A DNA stretch of 64,000 bases from Spirogloea muscicola. Lineage: Eukaryota. Location of the stretch: contig WELB01000027.1 in NCBI GenBank assembly GCA_009602725.1, forward strand, positions 178,972 to 242,971. Reading direction: 5' to 3'. Position 1 is the stretch's first letter; each line of letters starts with the position of its first letter. The notes below the pieces were generated by a model that saw only the letters and a program-made list of their open reading frames with translations, did not search any database and was not told where the DNA came from. A program made the translations under genes and the position numbers. Positions 1 to 12,374 of the stretch are shown in pieces.

Positions 1-127
1 TCCGCCGCCGCCGCCGGGCGTTGCGGGTCCGCCGGAGGAGGCGCGCAGCGGAGTGGAGGGCGGCGTCTGAGGGCTCGCTTGCAGTTTCGGTCCAAGCAGA
101 AGCGGCGGCGGCGGCGGCGGCGGCGAC

Positions 128-1377
128 ATGGCGGACGCCAAGGCGTGCACCGTGCGGACGCGCAAGTTCATGACCAACCGCCTGCTGTCGCGACGGCAAT
201 TCGTGAGCGCCCTACGCCGCCGCCGCCGCCGCCACGTCCCGCCGACACCTCCGCCATGGCTCCGCCGACAGCGCCAGCTGCCCGAGCCTCCACTGGGCGC
301 ACGGCACTGACTCTCGCTCCTCTGCGCGCGCCCCGCAGATCATTGACGTGCTTCATCCGGGGCGGCCGAACGTCTCCAAGGTCAGACACAGCATACACGC
401 CATGTCGGTCTGTCCATGGAGTCATTGCCGAGGTCGTCTACGCACTATCGTTGGCCCTCGGCCGTTGGCACTCGTCGTCGTCTCTTGACAGCGCCGCTGT
501 GGCGCCTTGACTGCCCATCCTCTTATTGAGGACTAGGTGGTGGGCTTGCCAACTTGAAACCGCCTGTCAACACCTCTCAAGCTTTCGCTTGCCCCCCCCC
601 CCCAAACCCCACTGGACAGGCCGAGCTCAAGGAGAAGCTGCAGAAGCTATACGACGTGCGGGACGTGCAGACCATCTTCGTGTTTGGCTTCCGCACGCAA
701 TTTGGTGGTGGGAAGTCCACAGGCTTTGGCCTCATCTACGACAGCCTGGAGACGGCAAAGAAGTTCGAGCCCAAGTATCGGCTCATCCGGGTGCGCTTGG
801 CTGCTTACCTTGTCGCACTGGCTTTCACCACACTGCTTGTGAGAAGCTGTCAGCTCTGTCACAATCTGGATATAAGGGGCAGCTCTCTCACATGACGAAA
901 GGGGCTTGTTGCTTTCCCGCATGCAGAACGGGCTCGCTACTAAGGTTGAGAAGTCGAGAAAGCAGATCAAGGAGCGGAAGAATCGCACAAAGAAGATCAG
1001 GGGAACCAAGAAGGTATGCCGGCCTCCAGGCCTTCATCACCTCCTTGCGTTCAATGGCTAGGGCAATGAGCACCGCAGTTCCTTGCATAGGGCCCGCAAC
1101 CTCACTGCTCGTGAGGCTTCTCTGGTCATAATCTCACAGGGAGCTTAGCTACCTCTGTGGAAGTCTGGCCAAGCAGACAGAATTGGCCTTGCTTCTCACA
1201 GTGCTGAGCAGCAGTTCAAATTTCTCTCCCTCTCTCTCTCTCGCCCTCCCTCCCTCCCTCCCTTCCTCCCCATCTCCCCCCGCCTGCTGTCTGTTAGTGT
1301 GACACTTGCTTGTACTGCTGTCTCCTGTGTCCCTCCAGGCTAAGGGAGCTGGTGAGGCAGCCAAGAAGAAGAAGTAG
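128..1377 (+). CDS. RPS24: 40S ribosomal protein S24 (eS24), 5 exons
   Basis: Exons 128-202, 339-380, 620-790, 927-1013 and 1339-1377 join at GT-AG introns to give [46 protein letters not shown]...[20 protein letters not shown]...[11 protein letters not shown]...[16 protein letters not shown]. Confidence 0.97.
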
Positions 1378-3148
1378 AGGAGCTAGCTGTCGAACAGTGC
1401 CGCCATGCATTACTTGTCTGATTCGGCCTTCTCTTTTGCCAGAAGTACTCAGGTGCACCGCTTTGAAGCAGGTTTTGCTTCAGTGGCGAGCTTGAGGTCA
1501 AGCTCAGAGCATCTTGGTGCTATTAAGAAAGTTTTCTAGAACATGTCTTACTTAGAATATGAGGGTTTTTTGTCAGCATAAATGGCAATGCTCCATGTTC
1601 AGTGAAACTCAGCTCCTTTTGGAGCCAGTGTTACCTGCGACTTACAGTGAAAAGTCTGTCCAGGATGAGATGTTGGATACTCAATGAATTCTGCTGGGTG
1701 AGCCCTTCTTGATCCTACTGGGCATTGCCAACCTTCAGATTGACATGTCTGAGAGCATTGTCACACCATGACAAGCACGTGTTTGTTGTTGCCTAGACCA
1801 CATACATCAAGAGAGCTTCATGATTTGAAGCGGTGGCTGTGAAGGCTAGCCCGAAAAGAATGGACAAGGTCTTGGGAGAAGCCACTGTGTTAGTGATAGG
1901 ACAATGCAAACCACTTAGCAGAACAAATGGCTATCACAGAAAGCAGTCAGTAAGCGCGAGTCAACAGCCGCTTATAGCAACAATAACGAGTAGCAGCAGG
2001 AATGAGAAAGCAGCAGGAAATGAGTTGCCCGTATTGCGTACTCAGGCGGGCGAAGATTATCTACAATCACATCGCTCGGCTGTCTGGCCCATCAAGCGGC
2101 TGTGAGCACTTGACTTTGGGCAACTGAGCCATCATCGCTACTCAGTCGCTGCCACTCCCTTGCAGCTTGCCGTTGAGTCAGCAGCACTTGACCTCCAACA
2201 ATAATGCTGCTAGAGGCATGCTGCTTATAGCTTACTTCCTCCATGGCACTCCACAGTCAGGTCGCATGACCTGGGCATCGCTGAATGAATTGGCTGTATG
2301 AGTAGCGTAGAGTGGAAATCAGTGCGATGATCGTCCAGACAGAGTTCTCAATACTGACCGCAGTAGACATTCGCTCTGACAGGTATAGGGCCGGAAGCCT
2401 TTCATTGGATACGACCTTCGTTCTGAAAGCTTCACCCCGCATTGTTCGTCTGTCGTGGGTTCAGAGATTGAATCTGAGGTATGCACGTGTTCATCCAAGC
2501 CGCAGGGTCAGTCAAGAACAAAAAAACCAAATGCGGGATGTCACATTCACATAGCAACTTTTGATTCAGGCCACCAGTAAGGATGTGGTTAGCACTGATG
2601 TCCTCTTTGGTGCAAAGGGTGCTGATGACCCTTCAATCATGCAGGAGAAGCATGCAATTCACAACGTCAAAAGTAAAACATCTGAAAAATTAAGAAAGGC
2701 GCGGAGGGACAGATCAACAAGAACGCTAGTAAAAGTAGTATGGTTAAGATGAAGTAGTTTGGTGACAAACTTTGTGAAATTGCTGCAGTAACACAACTGC
2801 AAACAGTGTAGTCCTAAGGAGAATGATAGGAACAAATCCTGCCTACATGGAACAACCCCACAGAGCAATTTGCAGCGCAGGGCACAGTTGACGCAGAAGA
2901 GGGAGCTCTGAAGCCCAAATGCAGGCATTCTGCCAAGTATGCCCTACCAGATTGAACTATTGCAACCTGCTCTAGCAAGTGGGGGAACGCCCAGAAGGCA
3001 CACGTACTCCCAGCTCAAAAAACATCCACCGAAGAAACAAGAAAAGGGAACTCTAATACGCTCCTAAGCAAGCTGGTCCCAGCTCCAAAAACTCCTGCTC
3101 CAGATGAGGCTGAGGTTGTCCGACCAAGCCCCGCACCGGTCCCGATCC

Positions 3149-6100
3149 CTACGTTGGCTGGCTGTCGTTCAGACTAAGAGCAGCCAGCTGATCAACTGCC
3201 CCACCCTGAGCCATGCGGAGGACTTCCATAGCTTCGTTGACCTTGCTCTTGAGAGCATCGGGAGACTCAATCAGGTGCAGAACTTCAGTCTGATCCATCT
3301 CCAGGAGCATTCCGGTGACCTTTCCAGCGTGCTCATGCTCCAGCTGATCGACAAGCGGATAGAGCTGCTCTCCCAACATCTGCACATGGACAAAAAAGAC
3401 CTGGACAGCTTAACATCCTATCTTACGATTTCAGTGAATATTGAAGTCCATCAACTCTTATGAGTAACCTAGCCACAATGCTCAATGTCAACAGCTAAAA
3501 CCTTCTGTATACTGCTAACTGCAAAGTGTGGCCAACAGCACCTGAAGCACTGACAAGAACTCTCATCAATTATATTTGTTCAGACAAAGACCAGGTGGAA
3601 AGAAGCAAGGAAGGAGAGGAACGTGCAAGTACCGCGCGTTGCTGCTCCGGTGGAGCTGAAGCGAGAGCCGATGCCAGAGCGCTAATAGGCACAAGCTCCT
3701 GGCCAGCCAAGTCTAATGGCACGGGCAGAAGAACACCTCCTGGTATGCCCTGATTGGCAACAAGCCCGTCTTGACCATTGCGCCCAGCTGGTCCATATCG
3801 CATCTGTCCCTGGCTCTGGCGACGGGTCAACATCTGCAGTGCATAGAGGTAGAGGGATGCGTGAAGAGTCCAAGCAGCAGCCTCAAGAGCTGCAACTAGC
3901 TGCTACAGTATCTTGCAGCATATTGTACAATGAGGCTTAGAAGTAATCTGCTGCAAGGACCAACTCCTGCTGTCATTGTTGGGCGCAATGCAAGCAACTG
4001 CCACATGGTAGAAGTGGAGGGTCGTTTCAAGTGACAAGATTACCTGCTGCTGGGGCTGGCCGGGCTGAGGCTGCTGCTGCTGCTGAGGATTGGCACCTCG
4101 TCGGCCTCCCATTCGCTGATTCTGCTGATTCTGGCGAGGGACGACCGGCACATAGAAGTTCGGCATCTGCGTCCCACCAGGGCGCATTGCTCCCAGCATC
4201 TGCTGCTGGTAGCCAAAGTTTGCAGGCTGCAGTGCAGGAGAAGGGGAGTCAGACCAGAATCCAGTGACTGGTAGCAGCCATTTCCCATTGGCAACCCAGT
4301 AGCAAACGGCTTCCCACAAAGAGCTGCATTGCCCACAGTGATGTGCTTCATTGAAAGATTTAGTGCCTCAAAGCATTTCCCAGTACGACATATTTGAATC
4401 ACCTGTGGTGGAATCAGGCCAGGGGGGGGCTGCCCATAGAAAATTTGCTGGCCCATCCCAGGGGCTGCAGGATGGTACATAGGCATGTTGCCTGGAACCC
4501 CTGCACTGACTCCCATTGGAGTAAGCCCTCGTGGCACACTGAATTGGGCCTGCAAATTGAATTTGACATGAGTTAGCCTCAGTACATATCGTGGTAGTGA
4601 TGATGACGGGAAGGCATACCACTCAGAGATAGATTGTCTCAGACTGTGAAAACATACAACCGGAAGTATGGCTTTCCTCGATAGGCACAACCATAGAGAT
4701 GTCCAACCTGTAAACGTTGCCTCCTATCCTCCTTCCTCTGTGCTAAAGCAACATAAAGTGGCTTCGAGCCTACCATCTTTCCGTTCATCTCGGTAACCTG
4801 CACCAGTGAAACTGCCTGAGACTCTAGGCCAGAAGATTTACTTAAATGCGTCACAAGTACAACGTGCTGAAAGGTGAGGAGGAAAAGTGACACCCGTTCT
4901 GCAAAATACGTTAGCAAAACCTTTTGCAAAGACAAGGTGGTCAAGATGCATAGATGCAACTGCTGCGATACTTACAGCACGTGTGGCTTCCTCTGGGGTC
5001 GCAAATGCAACAAAGCCAGAGCCTCGACTCGTGCCAGAAGGGTCCCTCATGATCTGCAGAAGACAGAAGAGCCTATGAGGTGCTGCTTCCCAGATCACGA
5101 TAGAACAGCAATATATTTTGCACCAGCTTAACAACGATGCAGCAAGAAAACCTGGATTGCATGCACAGGTAGCACGTCTGAGAATATGGAGATTAGGTTT
5201 CTGAAGTTTTAGAGATCTAACCTTGCATGAAGTGATGGTCCCAAACTCAGCAAAAAACTCGCGCAGTTTCTCATCATCCATGCTGTCTTCAAGATTCTTG
5301 AGGTACAGGTTGACTCCCTGATACTTCTCCACCCTCTCCTTTCTGTCCTGCTCGAATTTCTGTCGAAGCTCCTGCTCCCTCTCACCTTTCTTCTGAGCTC
5401 TACCAACATACCACTCCTTGTCATCGAACTTTTTACCATTCAAGCCTTCTACAGCCTTCGCAGCATCATCCGCGTGCTCAAAGTTGACAAAGCCAAAGCC
5501 CTTGCTCTTTCCGTCTGGATCCTTCATGACAACAGCGCTGCTAATGGGCCCATACGCCGAGAAAGTGCTCTTAAGGTCGTCATCAGTGGTATTATCACCA
5601 AGGTTCTTGACATACACATTACTGAAGGTGGCCCCGAGCCCCTGATCCCTCTCCTGGCGCCTCACAAATGGCCCTACAAAGACTTGCTTGTCTTCCAGCA
5701 GCATCCCGTTGACTTTCTCTATAGCATTCTGCGCTGACTCGTCCTGCTCAAACTGCACAAAACCGTACCCCTTGGACTGGCCCTGGGCATCCTGGGCCAC
5801 CTTGCAGGATAGGATGGGACCAAAGGCTTGGAAGGTATCATACAGTGCTTTGTTGTCGATGGTCGTGTCGAGGTTCTGCCAGCAAGGCAATGATAGCATA
5901 TCAGGCGCTAAGCACAAGAAAGTACTGTGGCAACTGTGACAGCAAGATAAGAAGATCTTACGACCTCTGGTAAATTCATGCTGGCATGCTACCACATGCT
6001 CAGGAGTCACAGGTACATGTGGCCACCTTGATGAAAATATTTGCAGTGCCGCTTTTGCGAAGGCTGGGGTCCCGATGGGAGAACATGATACGAATGGGTT

Positions 6101-6710
6101 TCCCATTGATGGGCGTGAAGTTGAGCAGCTCCATAGCCCTTCCAGCTGCAAACACATGCGGCACTTCAGAGGACAACCACCTCGGCCCTAACAACAACAC
6201 TGGCTAAGTAAATGGGAACCTTGGGACCGTCATATGACTCCTCTGTACAGGGCAGAGCCGAGCTTCGTACCGCAAAGGGCGCTACATGCAAAGCCGAGGC
6301 AGCCTATGGCAGAACCTGGAGCAGGGAGAGTTTCCTTGCTGTAGCTAGGCCTTTGCTGAGTGCCCATGCCACAACACTCCAACCTACATGTTGCTAACAA
6401 CCAACAGGGCCATCCCGACGGACTGCGATGCGTAGTCCGTGGCACTGCCTGCACACCAGTGGCCAGTGCTCACCGTCCTGCGCGCTGTTGTAGTTGACGT
6501 AGGAGTAGCCCAGGGACCTCCGCGTCACCAGGTCGCGGCAGACGCGGATGGACACGACGGGCCCGACCTGGCTGAATATCTCGTACAGCTGCGCCTCGGA
6601 CACGTTCGCCTCCAGATCCCCGACGTACAGCGAGGTGCTCGAGTGCTGCTGCCCGGGGCCGCTGCCGGCGACGCCTCCGCCGAGCTGCCCGCCCTGCTGC
6701 ACGGGGCCGC

Positions 6711-6759
<49 letters not shown>

Positions 6760-6774
6760 AGCAACGTGCGCCAT
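3149..6774 (-). CDS. PAB: Cytoplasmic poly(A)-binding protein (4 RRMs + MLLE/PABC), multi-exon
   Basis: RRM1 SLYVGDLE...[55 protein letters not shown]...[24 protein letters not shown]-terminal LGEQLYPLV...[12 protein letters not shown] (MLLE). N-terminal polyQ. Confidence 0.97.
6712..6758 (-). repeat. (CAG)n microsatellite encoding the PABP N-terminal polyQ
   Basis: Perfect (ctg)n run on the + strand, inside PABP exon 1. Confidence 0.95.
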
Positions 6775-6948
6775 CTCGGCTCAACGTCTGCGCACGCCCT
6801 GGATCGTCCTTCTGCAGCCCTGTTTCTCTGCTTTGGTTGATTTTTTAATTTTTTTTTGGATGTGGTGGCTCCTTGCCTGCGCGCCGCCTCGCAAGGCGCT
6901 GCCGCGCACGAGCCGAGTGAGAAAAAGGCGCACCGNGGCGACGGCGGC

Positions 6949-6979
<31 letters not shown>

Positions 6980-7560
6980 CTAGGGCGGGAGGGGCCGGGG
7001 GGTTGTGGTGGTCGAGGGGCGACAGCCATGGCGGCCGCCGGAAGGGCTTATGTCCTCCCCCGGGCCCCGCGGAGGCGGCGGCCCGACCGTCCGATTGCGT
7101 CCCTTCCCCGCTCGATTGCCGCCGCGTGGCGAGCTCCGAGGCGGGAGGCTATTTCCGGCCCGCTCTGACGGGGGCTAGGCACCCATGCAGGCTTAAACCC
7201 CAAACCCTTGCGGGCTAGCCCTCCCTGCCCCAAGGGTTTAGCTACAGTCGAAGCTGCAGGCCGTCGCGGCGCAGGCTTGACGAACGAAAGGCTTCAGGCT
7301 GCAGGCTCAGTTGGGCCCATTGAGAGACGGTTGAACGGGAGACGGACGCTCCAAGCTGCCATCGCTGCAAGTGGGCGTGCCTGCGTACCCGTCATCTCCT
7401 CCTCGTCCGGGATGTACGCGGAGCCCAGCTTCCGGCAGCCTCCCAGCTGTGAGCGCAGAGGCTCTCCCGTGCCGTCGTCCACTCGCTTCAAGCGCAGTGC
7501 CAGGCCTCGCCCTCCCCTTGCGGCTTCCGTGGGACTGTCTGGGTCAAAGCTGCGGCGCCC

Positions 7561-10440
7561 ATGAGGGAGGTGGTGACGCTCCAGGTGGGCAGCTACGCCA
7601 ACTACATCGGCGCCCACTTCTGGAACTTCCAGGTACGAGCCCGCGGCAGACTCGCCTCAGACGCCGCTGCGTCTCACACTGAGGCCATCTTATCAAGCCT
7701 GGATGACGTGAATTGGTCGTGGGTATGGGACAGGACGAGCTTCTTGGACGGGAAGGCTCGCCAGACGAAGGGGAGGCCGTCAACGACATTGACTCAGGAG
7801 TTCTGTACAGGGTCGGCGAGACATTACGAGTGAGCACAAGCCAATGCACAAACGACGGCCAGCCATTACATTGTACCTTCTGCTTCTGGGCCACACCTTA
7901 ACCTGAGCTGTTGACAGTGCTGGCCGCTCATCTGCCCATTTGTATAAGCTGATGATCTACGGTGTGATGCACCGAGAAAGGGGGAAGCTACGTACACACC
8001 ACGACTCTTGCTCTTTGACCTCCGTGGTGAGCATCCTGAGTGTGGAACCCTGCAGTTTGGAACTCTGCTGGTTATCATTCAACACACTGTGTGCGCGCCT
8101 ATTGCAAGTCAATTTGAACTGCGTCAATTTCGCTGTAGAGGCTCTGCTGCCACAGGTCAACATAGTTCAGAAGACAGATTGCAGCAGGGCAAGTGATTAT
8201 CGGGCACAGTGATTGGCAAAGAGTTCTAATGTCGCATGTCAGGCAGCCTTGGCTCCGTACGGGGAGCTGGATCACTGTATGGCGCAGCACCTGCAGCCAA
8301 CCTGTCCTCCATCCGAACATGGTAATATCATGCTCTGCAGGTTCCATCGGGCCGTCTTTGAACACTTTCTCTCGTTGCTCCATCACTACGACTTGCTTGT
8401 ATATACAACGTTTGAGTTTTTGTGGTGGATGGATGGATCCTGATTGCAAAAGTACAAGGGATGTGCTTCAGGGGGGGCGCGAAAGCTGTGTACAAATCAG
8501 AGCCTGTCGAGAGAAGTCTGTACCTGCAAAGCCTCGACAATGAGGAGGACAATGGTTGTGGACAGAGCAGCAACATGGACGGGGAAAGGCTATCTGATAG
8601 GCCAGCAAGCACTGGGATGTCACCCACAGCGCGACCGGAGAGCGAGGAGCGCAGCATTGTGAAGGGCCTTCATGAAAGTGTGAGTTACTGGACGGACTAC
8701 CTTAAGGTGCACCTGCACCCCCGCAGTGTCGCGGAACTTGGCGGGGCCTGGCAAGGTGACCCGCTCAGCTATGGGGCTGGCAAGGGTCTGCTCGACTCTG
8801 GTGAAAGCATGGAGGATGTCCGTGACAGGTTGCGGTTCTTTGTGGAGGAATGCGACAACCTGCAGGGCTTCCAGTGCATCCTAGATTGTACAGGCATCTT
8901 CACAGCACCAGCCGAGAAACTCCTCACTGTGATAGAGGACGAGTACCAGACGGTACCCCGCCTTTCATTTGCATCCAAGCCGCCGATGGCACAGCTGAAG
9001 AACATGCGGGCCTCGAGGTCCCCTGCAGAAGAGCTGACTGCCAGCATCACATTCTGCAGCTTGTCACACCTAAGCCACCTTTTTGTACCCATGGACCTTT
9101 CTTGCATTGGCAGAGGTAAGTGAAATCTTTAAGATGCCTTATCCACCTGCGTGGAAGGCGCATACAGGCTATTGAGGTCTGGCTGTGTACATCGGCATGC
9201 ATGTAGTAGGTCTGTACTGGCATGCACCTACAATGGCTATGAGGAAGAAATCGATTTCAGTTTTACCATGCTTCTGCAGGTACTCGATTCCCGTATCTTC
9301 TAGTCAATGACGACAAGCCATATGAGAGCAGCGCAGATTATGCTAGTGCAATAGAGACAACGACGACTACGTTCAGGCTTCGGGCATCAGATATGGGCAA
9401 CCATGGCCAAGTCCCTCTTGGAGCTGATAATATGAGCAGCCTGGTCAGTAAGTTGGCCACACAGCCATCAGCCAACATTGGAGGGGCTTACGCTGCCGTC
9501 CCTGCGCCCCCTGTCTCGACTGTTGCTGGTATGTGTGACATACTAAATCCGAACACACTTCTGGATGCTGCTTCTCGCTGTGCTTGTTGAGCGCTTAGGA
9601 TTATGAGGCATCTTCCTTAACAAGTGCTAAAGTCAAGAGCCAGTAATCTGTCCACGCTGCCTATGCTCATCAGAGTAGGACTGATGTGCAAATTCCACCT
9701 ATGCTTAATTGCAGGCTCTGGCAGGTTGACCATGGACTTGCATCAGCTAGTACCATTATCTGATGGCCTCTGTGACTGGCCTCCCAGTAGCTCACTCGCA
9801 CAAAGTTTAGCTGTTCGGGGTGCAAGGTTGGCAGGTGAGGCTTGTCTTGTTTCTGTCAAAGGGGGCTTCACTGCTTCATTCGTCCTTCTTGAGTGGCAAT
9901 CTTGCTGGTCAAGAGAGGAGCGCTGGCATCTCATCAGCATGCCATGTAATTGCTGCTCTTCTTTCTATCTTCAATGCTCATTACCATGTGGTGGTCTTTC
10001 TTCGTCTTATAGGTGCTAGAAGGGCAGCCCTTGTCCCACAAGCCTATGGGGCTCTACAAGCCAGTCTTTCTGGCCACTCTGTCCGGCACGTGACTGTGTC
10101 GCGGCAGCCCTTACCCATCCCGCTACCATTCCCACCAATCTTTGCACCAACTGTGAGCAGTCGTGGGGATGTTGTTAGCCGAAGTGGGCCAACTGCTGGG
10201 CAAGCTAAAGGAGGACTTGAGGTCCTTTCGCTCCCTGCATTAACCTGCATGAGCTCAGGCTTGGAGGTCGTGCCCATCATCAAGAGGAGGTTGGAGGCAC
10301 TGGAGAAGTACGCATCCAGTAGGGCTGCACCTGGCATGTCAGTCGTCCGTGATTGGGGACTCGAAGGAAGTGACATTGAGGAGATGAGAGAGCGTTTGGA
10401 AAGCATGCTGCACGCTTATCATCACGATTTTGACGACTAG
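7561..10440 (+). CDS. MSTO1: Misato/DML1 homologue (tubulin/FtsZ-like), multi-exon
   Basis: N-terminus MREVVTLQVGSYANYIGAHFWNFQ; YTPRLLLFDL; VSYWTDYLKVHLHPRS; DRLRFFVEECDNLQGFQCILD; PLPIPLPFPPIF; ends HAYHHDFDD*. Internal exon edges are approximate. Confidence 0.9.
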
Positions 10441-10729
10441 ATCGTACTGGCATGATTGCACTTAGTGGTTTGGCACAAGATCTTGCTAGGCTTCTTGTCT
10501 GAGCCGCGCGCCAGTGTATTGGCTCCATGGCAGCCTTGTGGTCACATCAATGAATGGTATGCCTGCGTAGCGAGCTTGATCAGGAATCAACTTTCTCAGA
10601 AGGAGGCCGTGGCTGGAATGAAAATAGGCTCATCCTAAAGGGGCGAGGGCTGGTAAAGCCAGCTCGAAGAAGATGGACAAGTCTGAAGGGGACGGAAAGT
10701 GCCGAAACACATAGCTTAGCAAGTACCAC

Positions 10730-11630
10730 GAAGGATGGTCACATAGAAGCAGCCGTAAGTCAGAAAGACTAGCCACCGGAAAGCAGTCGCCTCAGCTTAG
10801 CGGCGGTAGTAAAGAGGCTGGGAATGGAGTAAGCTCTTCCACATGGGCGAGGGCTGTGGAAAGCCAGCCCAGAAGAATTGGACGAAGCTCAGTGAATTGG
10901 CGTGTTCTGTCTCAACGCCTATGCGCAAACCAGTCAGCGAAAGAAGTGGCTACTGCAAACAGCCCTTGTGAGCTTGGTGAGCTTGGTGTCGTTGGGGAAG
11001 AAGTGAGCTCTTTCAAAGGCGGGATGGGCTGTAAAAAGCCAGCCAGTAAGGATTGACAAGGGTCGAAGGGGCAAGAAGCGCTGGAAATCAAGTTAAGCAA
11101 TTACCATGTAGGATAATCACTTAGTAACCTCTAGGTAGCAGCCATTAGTCAGCCAATCTAGCCGCCGGAATGCAGTCCCCTTGACAAAAGCCAGAGGCTG
11201 CAGCTACAGCACAGCCAGCACGCAGGTGCAATGCTTGGGGCAGCCACCTGCTGCGGTCGGCGTTATGCAGGAACAGCTCTTTCAATGTAAAGTCATGGCT
11301 GTGAAAGGCGCGCGGTGCGCATGAAATTTTAGGAGGCCAATTCGAGCCTTACAACGTCCTGGTAATGGGGCAACTAGCTGGCTAAGGGGGCCTCTAGTAC
11401 TCACGAGTGAGCACATAGACATTCGACAAGCTGAGCTGAGGAGCCAGAGCACCACCACGCAAGCCAAGAGCCTGGCCTAGCCCCTGGCGCCCAGCACGCT
11501 GGTGTATAGCGAGTAGTGCCCGGGAGCGATGCAGACTGAATGAAAGCAGCACTATAAGAAGAAAAGCAATGTAAGCAAGCAATCACTGCTTGCTTGTGAG
11601 AGGCCAGCCCAAAAGAATGTACAAGGAAGG
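10730..11630 (-). mobile_element. Patch of degenerate CRE-like 3' fragments
   Basis: Minus-strand remnants FPVASLSDLRLL (~10760), ALHLRAG..AAASGF...LLPRGY* (~11122-11240) and AIHQRAGR...VLTREY* (11394-11540), plus hairpin modules and the GCGCGCC tail. Confidence 0.75.
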
Positions 11631-12374
11631 CGCTAGAAAACACATAAATTACACACAGACGAAGTGTGCCCCACCATACCTGCCTTCGTCCACTTGCGCT
11701 TCGCCCGCGCTCTTCCGTCATTCGAGGCCGGGAGGCCCACGTGAGCCAGTGCTGGCCTCAAGGGCCGTCGATCTGGAGGGCTTCCGCCAGCCTGGCGGTC
11801 TCGTGGCCGTCCGATGGGAAGGCTGGCCAATGGGAGCTCAGTCCCCACGTCACGGCGGCTGCCGGCCGCGGCGCCGCTCGCAGTGGGCATTTCATTGGCC
11901 GAGGCCCGCTCGGCCGCGCGCGAGCCGTGCGATGCAACGCATCCACGGCCAGCGGTGCCCCCCGGAACGTGGCCTGCCCCTCCCCCTCCTCCCTTCCCGC
12001 CCTCTCTCCCCTGTTCTCCCTGATGGCTCTGTGGTGCCGCCTCTCCTTTCTGCCCTGACGCGTGTGACTCTTTCCCCGGTCAGTGGATGCCCGCCACCCA
12101 CTGTTGGCCATTTCCCAATAAGAGCCGACGGCGACAGACGAGCCGGAAGCGGCAGCAAAGCCACCCTTTCTCCCCCTCTCAGGATCTGTGAACGCCAGCC
12201 GTCTCTCTCCGCTGAATTGTAGTTGCTCTTGTTGTTGGTAGACGAGCCCATCTGTGTCGCAGCAGTGTCGCGCGCTGCGAGGGTGATCGTCCCGACCATC
12301 GCCGCCGCCGCCGTCGCGCTTGCGAGATTGGCTGTGTCCCCGGCTGTGCGGTCGCCGCTGCCGCTGCCGCCGCC

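Noticed and set aside
2315..2385. Possible C/D-box snoRNA (GCGATGA...CTGA...CTGA)
   Set aside because: The C box is imperfect and I could not identify an rRNA-complementary guide. It would need snoscan or Rfam.
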